Of a stretch of 64,000 nucleotides of DNA, positions 29,030 to 38,600 are shown one piece after another. The translations under genes and the position numbers were made by a program. The stretch is from a virus: the IMG/VR virus record IMGVR_UViG_3300012954_000007; one strand, written 5' to 3'. A model generated the notes under the pieces. The model did no database searches. It saw only the letters and a program-made list of their open reading frames with translations, and was not told the DNA's origin. Each line of letters opens with the position of its first letter. Within the stretch, counting starts at the first letter, position 1.

Positions 29030-31744
29030 ATGGCTAGATATGAAGATTTTGGTGGAGGGGGTAATAATCCCTGTGGAGCATACTACCCTAGAAGTGGTCC
29101 TTTAAATATGGCTTCTGAAAGTGCTTGTGTACCTCAAAATTATGGGTCTCAACCAGCTGATGGGGCTAATTTTAATTTTTGGGGACCAGAAGCGGGAACT
29201 ACAAGAGGAAAAGGGTTGTGTTGTGATGTATTTAAAAGAATAGGTCCACAATCTTACGTTTGGGAACCAACTACATATTACCCTATTTTTAGTACAGTTG
29301 CGGGTACTGGTGAAGAATGTCCAGGATGTTTCTACCACGCAAGACGGAACCATACTTCAAGTAACGATAGTAGTGGGGTCGCGTGGAGTGATGACAAACC
29401 TTGTGAACATAAATTGGCATGGTTTGTGAATTCTGTTAATGATTATGTTGAAAAATGGTCAGGTTGTAAAGCATTAATAGATGAAGGAATGCCTGGTAAC
29501 TGTACAATGCACCATTCTTTTGGTTTAATCATGGATACAACAACAAACATATCACATATGGGGTCACCTAACGGGTCATGTCAAAGTAACTGTATGCAAT
29601 TGAATATTAATTACTTTGAACAATATGTCGCGGGTCAATATTTAACTTACGCTCAATACCCACCTAATAATTTTGATGATAAAACAGCTTATGATTGTGA
29701 AACTAAAAAAACAGACTTTCAAGGAAATAATGGTCCCACAGGTTCGAAACTTATTTGGGCGGGATTTGCACCAAATCAATGGAACCCAAGTAATTCATCA
29801 CCTAATAACTCTCCAGGGTTAGGTAACCAGTCTAAAAACTTTGGGCCCACAAACCCAGTCCCTGGTTATACAACAGCTACTGTTATAAACTGGGACCCAA
29901 CACTAGGAAACTCACCTTCAAATCAAACTTATGCTGTAAGACAAAATTTGAATGGTGTAATGTATCAGGGGTACTTACCTGAAAATTCAAATGAAAATAA
30001 CGCGTGGGGATTACTCTCTCCTTCGTTAGGTGGAACCCCATCACAAGAAGACTCCCATCTTTGGGCTCGTAAAAGTGTATGGAGGGTAAGTGATGCGGGA
30101 GAGGACGCTTACCCAACATCTATAGATGATGCATTTGCATGTTGTACTTATGTAAGTTTTGGTTGTACAGACCCGTCTTTTGGAAATTATGACCCTAACG
30201 CTTTTTTAGATTGCGATGGTATACCTAAAACAAATAGGGAATTAGTCACCGTAGACGACAATGGCGTTGAAACAATCACTTGTGATGATATAAATGGAAA
30301 TCCTGGTGTGTGTTGGGATAGTAATGGATTACAATGTTCAGAATGTATAGATAATACGGGAAGTCCTAACGCGGCACTTAACGGGTTACCTAACCCTAAT
30401 TATAATCCTAATTACGGTGAATACTTTAATGCCCCAAATGGTAACTGTACACAACAGATTTTAGATTCTTGTGGTTCAGGTGGGCAGTTAAGTGTCAACG
30501 CTTGGACAGATATGTTTAACATGAGACCTACATCTTCACTATATGGTGGAGGAGCAACATATTTAGGGAATCCAAATAAAGGTGACGGTAGAGCAAAATT
30601 TTGGGATAAAGATGGGGTAGATGTGACTAACCCTAATGTAAGACCTAGATGTCAGTGTAATAATTCTGGATGTTTACTTCCAGGTGCGGACACTTATTCC
30701 TCACTTAACACAACAGATTGTTCTAATCAACCAGCTTCAGTTAGTTTTCTGGGTATGTTAGTGGGTGATGTAACTTGTTGTAGTTACACTAAATACGGTT
30801 GTACTGATGAAACTAAAATTACTCCACCACTAAATAATTATTTTTGTTCTATAGATATTAATGGGGATGGTACACCAGATAACCAGATGTTTTGTATGGA
30901 CCCTACTACAGGAATACCTTGTAATATGGGACCTTGTCCCGCGAATGGTGGGGTACCTTTAGGTCCAGGAAGTGGTACTCCAGGGTTCAATAATCCTACA
31001 GTTAATCTTATAGATGATGGAAGTTGTGATTTAATTTTAATACCTGGTTGTAAAGACGACGGTGGAAATTTAGCGGGTGGTAGTTGGCCTAGTCCAGTCT
31101 ATCCTGGATACGCAGCAATGAATTATGATGCATCCGCTACAGTTCATATACAAAATTTATGTGAGTATGTATTTGGATGTCCCGACCCACTAGCAGATAA
31201 TGCCTTAACACCAGTATGTCCTTCCTCTACTTTAACTGGTAGTATATCTAATTGTGCTACTGTTTACGGAGTAACCAATCAATTTGTAGAAGACAACCTT
31301 ATTCCAAACATAGAATGTTGTGATTATAATATACCTGGAACAGGACCTGGATGTACAGACCCTAACGCATTAAACTTTAATCCATTAGCGGACACAGATG
31401 ACGGAAGTTGTATTTACAACATTGAAGGATGTACAGACCCTAACGCGTTAAATTTTAACCCTGCAGCTACTTTAGATGACTCCTCTTGTTTGTACCCAGG
31501 TGACTATCCGATAGAGGGAGATAACTTCTTAGACGGTAGTCCAATAGAAATATGTAGAGAACCTTTAACAAAAGAAGAGGTATTAATGAATGTTTGTCAA
31601 CCAACAGAAATACAATCAGAAGTATTTATTGAAAGAGGAAAACAATCTGTGTTTGAACCTAACCAAAGATTAGATGAGGTAAGAACAATAGGAGGTTTAA
31701 AAATATACGGTTACGGGTTTTATAACATAAAAGAACAAATATAA
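29030..31744 (+). CDS. Cys/Gly/Asn/Pro-rich repeat protein (putative fibre/adhesin)
   Basis: Multiple GCTDP.A.N[YF]NP.A..DDGSC-type repeats. C-terminal QSEVFIERGKQS...GYGFY block. Confidence 0.65.
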   Translation: MARYEDFGGGGNNPCGAYYPRSGPLNMASESACVPQNYGSQPADGANFNFWGPEAGTTRGKGLCCDVFKRIGPQSYVWEPTTYYPIFSTVAGTGEECPGCFYHARRNHTSSNDSSGVAWSDDKPCEHKLAWFVNSVNDYVEKWSGCKALIDEGMPGNCTMHHSFGLIMDTTTNISHMGSPNGSCQSNCMQLNINYFEQYVAGQYLTYAQYPPNNFDDKTAYDCETKKTDFQGNNGPTGSKLIWAGFAPNQWNPSNSSPNNSPGLGNQSKNFGPTNPVPGYTTATVINWDPTLGNSPSNQTYAVRQNLNGVMYQGYLPENSNENNAWGLLSPSLGGTPSQEDSHLWARKSVWRVSDAGEDAYPTSIDDAFACCTYVSFGCTDPSFGNYDPNAFLDCDGIPKTNRELVTVDDNGVETITCDDINGNPGVCWDSNGLQCSECIDNTGSPNAALNGLPNPNYNPNYGEYFNAPNGNCTQQILDSCGSGGQLSVNAWTDMFNMRPTSSLYGGGATYLGNPNKGDGRAKFWDKDGVDVTNPNVRPRCQCNNSGCLLPGADTYSSLNTTDCSNQPASVSFLGMLVGDVTCCSYTKYGCTDETKITPPLNNYFCSIDINGDGTPDNQMFCMDPTTGIPCNMGPCPANGGVPLGPGSGTPGFNNPTVNLIDDGSCDLILIPGCKDDGGNLAGGSWPSPVYPGYAAMNYDASATVHIQNLCEYVFGCPDPLADNALTPVCPSSTLTGSISNCATVYGVTNQFVEDNLIPNIECCDYNIPGTGPGCTDPNALNFNPLADTDDGSCIYNIEGCTDPNALNFNPAATLDDSSCLYPGDYPIEGDNFLDGSPIEICREPLTKEEVLMNVCQPTEIQSEVFIERGKQSVFEPNQRLDEVRTIGGLKIYGYGFYNIKEQI
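31349..31497 (+). repeat. Coding tandem repeat GCTDPNALNFNP...DD.SC (78-bp period)
   Basis: GGATGTACAGACCCTAACGC at 31349 and 31427. Degenerate copies occur earlier in the ORF. Confidence 0.85.
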
Positions 31745-31750
31745 TATAAG

Positions 31751-32662
31751 ATGGCATTAGGAACATACGGAATAAAAAGATTATCAGACGTTTCTCCAGA
31801 AAATGTGGAGATAATTTCTTTATATACACCTAGTAGGGAATCGACAGCTGATACTATCATTACAAAATTAAATACAAAAAGTATTTTAACCCCTTATTAT
31901 CATAATACAGAAACTGGGGGTACTCCTGACGTGGAATTACTAGGTGGTGTATATAATTTAAAATTACCTTATAATGATTTTAAAGATAAAGGTATATATA
32001 ATTTAATTATAAGACCATTAGAAATTAGGACATCTATTACTGATTGTGGTGTTTTGTCCTCTTTACCTACTGTAAAAGGATTAGTATTTGATTTAAATAA
32101 TGTCCCTACGGAGTCTAGAAATAAATTTGTAAATAATGGTTTAGTAGGATATAGAGTAGAATATTTAAATAGTGATGGTACTAAAATTCCTAATTTTTAT
32201 AGAATTGTAACATCATCTTTTTTCTGTGAACCAGTAACTCAAAACTTAACAAATAGTAATCAAAAAGCTATTAGATATAGGTACATTAATGGCGGTAGTA
32301 ATTTATTATTTTGTACTTTAACTCCTACTTCAGCACCTTCTAATAAACCTACAGCTTTACCTTACATTGGCCAACCAGCACAAAATGTTATTATAACTAA
32401 CACACATTTTAATCCAATACACATTGAAATTGAAATGGTAGATTATGATGTGGATAGTTTAGGTATAGCACTTTACGGTAACCAAACCAAATCTCTTAGT
32501 GATGGAATTTATACCATTTATGACACTAGTGATAACATTTACAAACAATATAATTTATACGAAACTAGAGACCAATTTGGAGAACCACTATACGAGGTTA
32601 GACAAGATAGAGGTAATAACATAGACTTTACAAAAGCATTTAATAATATTGCACAACAGTAA
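31751..32662 (+). CDS. Putative baseplate/tail structural protein
   Basis: 303 aa, coupled (TAATG overlap) to the 2816-aa giant. Confidence 0.55.
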   Translation: MALGTYGIKRLSDVSPENVEIISLYTPSRESTADTIITKLNTKSILTPYYHNTETGGTPDVELLGGVYNLKLPYNDFKDKGIYNLIIRPLEIRTSITDCGVLSSLPTVKGLVFDLNNVPTESRNKFVNNGLVGYRVEYLNSDGTKIPNFYRIVTSSFFCEPVTQNLTNSNQKAIRYRYINGGSNLLFCTLTPTSAPSNKPTALPYIGQPAQNVIITNTHFNPIHIEIEMVDYDVDSLGIALYGNQTKSLSDGIYTIYDTSDNIYKQYNLYETRDQFGEPLYEVRQDRGNNIDFTKAFNNIAQQ

Positions 32663-35600
32663 TGGCTGGAATTTATAATAATAGTAATAGTCCTATACCA
32701 GGTAATGGAGCTGACTTTTTTGGTGACAAATTAGTGGGAAATCAATTTGTTGATGGAGTCTCTCAGTTTACTCTAGGTAATTTTGAAATAAAAAGTAATA
32801 TATCACAAAAAGACTCTAGGGATTTTAGTCTAGGTAATTTTTCTGAACCTATATCTTTAGAGACTCTTAATATTAAAACTTCGGAAGAAGCTAAAATACT
32901 AGCATCAAATAGATTAGAGGTTTTTATAAACTACAATAGAAATAAAATTACTAATTTTACTCTTTATGGTTCCTTAAGGGAAAGGTTGAGAGTGGCTGTT
33001 ACGAATATTATAAAAACTTTCCCAGCGGCAGTAGTATTTAAAGAAATACGAACTTGGTTAGATTATTTAAGTGGTGAAACAGCCACAAACATTATCTATG
33101 ACCCGAATCTAGATACAACAAAATTAAATCTAAACGTACCCAACGCGTATAACCCATTTAATATAGAATATAGTACAAATGGAAATACCTATACTGACCC
33201 CAATGTTTCACCTTTAAGAAATTTAACTTTAGAGTTTAAAAAATATTCTTTATATTATAAAAATATAGAATACCCAATTACGTTTTTAAAACCTACAACT
33301 GGTACAACTAATACTGGAATTATTAATTTAGTTGTTAAAGGAAATCCTTTTAGTGGTTTAACTAACACTAGTGAAACTTTTTATCTTAAACCAAATACTC
33401 TCACAACAGAAGAAGTATTTGATAAGATGGAAGATGTTGAAAAATTCTTAGTAGAAAGAAAAAGTAAACCTCTATATACCGCTACTTTTGACCAACCAAA
33501 AGAAACTAGTACTGGTAAAATTATGAAGTCAAGTGTGTCAGTTACTTGGCCCGCATCAGATAATTGGAATTTAATTATAAAAGGTAGTACGTTCCTAAGT
33601 TATTTAGACCAACTGTATGATATTGCTGATACTTACGATTCGTATAAAACAAATTTAATTTCTAGATTTTTAACAACCGCTGCTTTAAAAGAATTTGACA
33701 CTTACGATGAAAAAGTAGATAAGATACTAAAAATTTATGGTAGAAGTTTTGACCAGATTAAAAAATATATCGATGGTCTCGCTTATATGGCAAATGTAAC
33801 CTATGACGGATTAGATAATATCCCAAATGAGTTACTTAAAAATTTCGCAACCACTTTGGGTTGGAGAACCCCTTCCGCTATTAAAAATGAAGGATTTTTA
33901 GATACCATATTTAAAAGAAATACAACTGTTGAGTATGAAGGTTTAGACCAAAACCCAACACCAGCTGAACTTGACCATGAATTGTATAGAAGACTTTTAG
34001 CTAACACAGCTTATCTATTTAAATCTAAAGGAACTAGAAGAGGTATTGAATTTATGTTAAGATTTGTGGGTGCACCAGAAGCTTTAATAGAATTTAATGA
34101 ACATGTTTATGTTGCAGGACAACCCCTCAACATGAGAGAGTTTAAAGACTATGAACTAAAAATTTCTGGAGGAACTTACACTGAAGAAGTACCAGTAATG
34201 GATTCTTATTTTTCCGCTGCTACTAATACATTCCCACCTATAGTTATTACAGGTTATACATTCGGTTATGAAACTGTAACTAAAACTACAAATATAATAC
34301 CAGAAGTTTTACCTGTAGATAAAGATGGGTATCCTACTATACCTAGGTATGGTGCTGACTCATATTATCAGTCAGGAGCAGGATGGTTTGAAGAAACCAC
34401 AGAACACCAAGGGAAAAAAGTTATAGATTATGAAACCTCAGTTTTTACTGGTAATACCCCTTTTGTACGTACGAAATTAAATCAATTTTCTTATGGAGAA
34501 CCTTATTTAGAATTGTACAGAAAATTCCCAGATTCAAAATTAGGGTTTCCGATAGTCAGAACAGTTGATAATAAAAAATCATGGATAAAGAAAGACTCTT
34601 ACCAACAAAGATATCTAAACCTACCAGATAGAGGTACAAATTACCAAACAGAAAATGATAAATTAGTTATTAATGTTAAAAACGTTGATATATTCCTTAA
34701 TATTGGACAAGGATTAGAATGGGATGTTTGGAATTTTTCTAAAAAATATAGTTGTCCTTTTGGTCCTAATGCTTTAGGTTCACCTTATCCTGGGGTAGGT
34801 GGTCCTGACTGGACAGAAATTGTAGCAGATGCATCTAAGTTGTCATTTTTTGAATTTGCTCAAAAATTCTGGACTGTTTTAATTAATGTTAAAAATAGAC
34901 AAACTATAGATGATGGACACGGTGGTGGGTATCCAACATTATTGAGTATATATTTAGACTACCTTAAGAGTGACCAAACTTGTGGTATACCTAGTAACAA
35001 GTATACATATGAAAAAATGATTGCCTATGTAGAAAACATGGGAGATTATTGGGTAAGATTATTAGAACAATTAGTTCCTTCTACCACAATTTGGCAGGGA
35101 GGTATTAAATATGAAAACTCCATATTCCATCGATACAAATACGCTTATAAACACGAACCTCTTTGTGATGATTTAGAGTGTTTTGGGTCTTTTGTACATT
35201 GTTGTTATCCCATAACTCATGATATTCTAGTGGACGCTACTTTAGAATGTGGTGGATTGGCCTTTTCAGGTGCTACTTGGCAAAATAAAATTACTTTAGG
35301 TGGAACTGTATACACAGGTAACACATATTATAGTAGTACTACAATTACTGACATTCCGAGTACCGACATTTGGTTAGATGATATGGTTAATATTCTTAGT
35401 GGTATTACAGCTGACGTTAGTGACCCTAATAGTGTATTAAACTATTATTTAATAAACGATAATAATACACCTACAGGAATTAGTATAGAACAACCTAATT
35501 GTATTGTAATACAAGGACCTTGTAGTGGTGGTACAGACGCTTGGAATTTTAATAGTGGTTCAGACCCCCATTGTTTTAAATCGGAAATTTGCCTCACTAT

Positions 35601-38600
35601 GGAAACCAATCAAATAAATCCAGGAGTAGCTAGTGATACGGATGTATGGGCATTTTATGACACCACATCAATGGGTACTGCAGCAGCAAACGCAGCAAAA
35701 GTTTCTTTAAACAATTGGGTTAGTAGTTTAGGTCCTTCTTTTGCGGGTAATGTTTATCACACAGCAGTAGGTGGTGAAAGATGGTTAGATTGGGCATCCA
35801 TACCTATAAGTGGTGGAAGTCCCTCATCTGGAAGTATAACAAATGGTGGAAATTGGGCCGGATTCAATGTTCTCCCCCCAAACATGATTAATGCTAATAC
35901 ATTCCCGTCAGGAATTAGTCCAAATGCTTTAGTTATAAATTTTATTGATGAAAGTTCTTCAGTATACTACACACCGGTTAACACCTATACTTGTACCTTA
36001 AATAATGGTAATACTAATTATCACGCTCCCGCAGGACAAGCTAGTGACTGGAACAATCAACCCACAGGTTCATATACCACTGACTTTAATCAGTTTATGT
36101 CAGCATTTAATGCTTACGACAACTTTCAATCATTTATATACCCTATCGTTAAGACCGCAAGCAGCGTTGTATTGCAATTTCCATTACATGTTTACGGAGC
36201 ATTAGAAACCTCCACTGTCTCACCTAGTGATTTAGAGGTGAATCCTTCTATTTTAGTTGCTGGTGGTTCATTATCCGCAATTACAATAACTAACCCATAT
36301 ACTGGTTTAACAGGGACTAATAATGCTACTGCTTATACGGGACCAGGATTGGAAAATTTCGGTTTTGGAGCTAATTATACTTTAGGTACTGACTGTAATG
36401 GTCTAGTTTGTGGGGACCCAGGATTAACAAATCTTAATTGTTTAAATATTAATGGTGAAGCATACAACCAATTTTTTAGAACAAGATTTCCACAAGACTT
36501 GTTCCAGTTCTTACAAGGGACGACTGCAACCACATCTTTAAAAACTTGTGAAATATGTATACCAATATGTTATAATGATTCACAAGGAGACCTTTCCTCA
36601 CCATATGATTCATCTTTATCTTACAATTATGGAGATATAGTTTTATGGGCTGGAAATATATATGTTTGGTTAGGTGTTAATAATAGTTATACTGATATTC
36701 CAGACGTAGACGCTAATTGGTCTTTATTGGGTACCGCAGATTGTATACCTTTCTTAGGAGGTAATAATTTTAGACCACATGATGATTGTGATGATTTTAC
36801 TGTAATACCTGAAAATCCAGAAGTTACTGGTACCACAATTACAACAAATCCAGAAATATTTAAAGACGCTATATTCAATGTGGGAGGACAAGACTGTTTC
36901 GACTCAACATATAATCCTTGTGAAGAATTAACTGACCCTTGTGGTTGTATAGCAACTTTTGGAGAATTTAACGTAGGTACTACACTTTTCAATGAGGGTG
37001 ACGTGGTTTGTTGTCCTGAACTAGGTACAAAATGGATTGCTAGTCCATTAACAAACAACGGAATGGCATATAACCCTAATTGTTTCCCTGGTTTATTTCA
37101 AGGTGATTTATGTACGACCTTACCATCCGCTTCAAAATGTTGGGTTGAATGTAATTCTGAAAACGCAGGTATTGGAGCAACAAGTGGTGGAATAAAAGGT
37201 GAAAGTAAAGAAATGGTAAGAAGAAAAACACCTTCTATCATATCCAACTCACCTATAGACCCATGTGACCCAACTTATGAAAGTCCTAGTGACCCTTGTG
37301 CGTGTGAAGGAATAGGATTTAGAAATGTGGATTTAGATTTTTATTTATTAAGTGACTTAACTGAGGTACCAATTCCAATATTTCAATTTTATATGGATGA
37401 GGATGCAATCGACCCAGGTAATTGGACGACACCGATATCTAATATTACAAAAAATCCACAAGTTTATAAAGCTAAAATAAATGCGTGTTGTCTAGGGGAT
37501 AAGTTTACCCATTATTTTAGAGTATACCATAGAACTGGTAATATACCTTTTGACCCTTCACAGATAAGTTATGGTACATATGAAATTGATTTAGATGTAA
37601 ATCAAAATTGTAATATAGAATTTTATCATGTCACTGCTGGTGACACTGTAAAAGTTTTCATGCATGTACCACAAGATACTATTACTAATAATGCCACTAT
37701 TAATATAATTGATAATCCACTATTAGGGGTTCCCTTCCTAACTCAAAATCTGGGAGCTAGTAGCTACTTCAATAATACTAATGGTGATGGATTAGAAAGT
37801 TTAACTTTTCAAATAGGAAAAATAGACACAACTTCAAATATCCATCAATTTTTCAAAGTAGATGATAGTAACTATTTAACAGATAATGGTACAAACTCAA
37901 CTAATGAAGAAACTAATGATATTTTTGATAGATATTGGGCTTTAGACCCATTTATAGGTGAACAACCATTATACGGTGCTTTAAGAAATATAGAATTACT
38001 AAATGTAACAGGAAATCAAGGTGCAAGTATATCTTTCCTTGGTATACGTGATTACAGATTCAACTGGGAAATGGAGTTATCTTGTCAAGGACAACAAACT
38101 TTAGAACTTTCATTTACTCTTAATAATTTTAGTTCTTTACCTGGTAGTGGTAAAAATCCTGGTTCTGGAGGCGTATCAGAAGATAAAAAACCAGGAACAA
38201 TTATAGGTACCCCACTTCAACCAGGTGTTGGGGGCAGTTCAAAATATGAAACAAGACGGAATGTGGGTAATCTAAGAGATGAATCACTTTTAGAAGAAGC
38301 CGCTCAAATTAATCGTATACCTGGTCCATCTAAATTACCAGAACCTCCCCCAAAACCTACTATAGATGTACCTTTCACTGAAGTATGTGGAACCAATATG
38401 TCTTCACCTATAATTAATCAAAATGAAAGTGCATCAGGTAAAGTATCGTCAATTTCTAATATTCAAAATAGTGGTAACTTAACGGACGTTGCTGTTAGAA
38501 AAGCTATTTTAGATGTTAATGACGATATAGATATTAGAAACTACAAAGTAGTTAAGAGTGAAATGTTTATAGTAAGCAATACCAATCCACTTCAAAGTAG

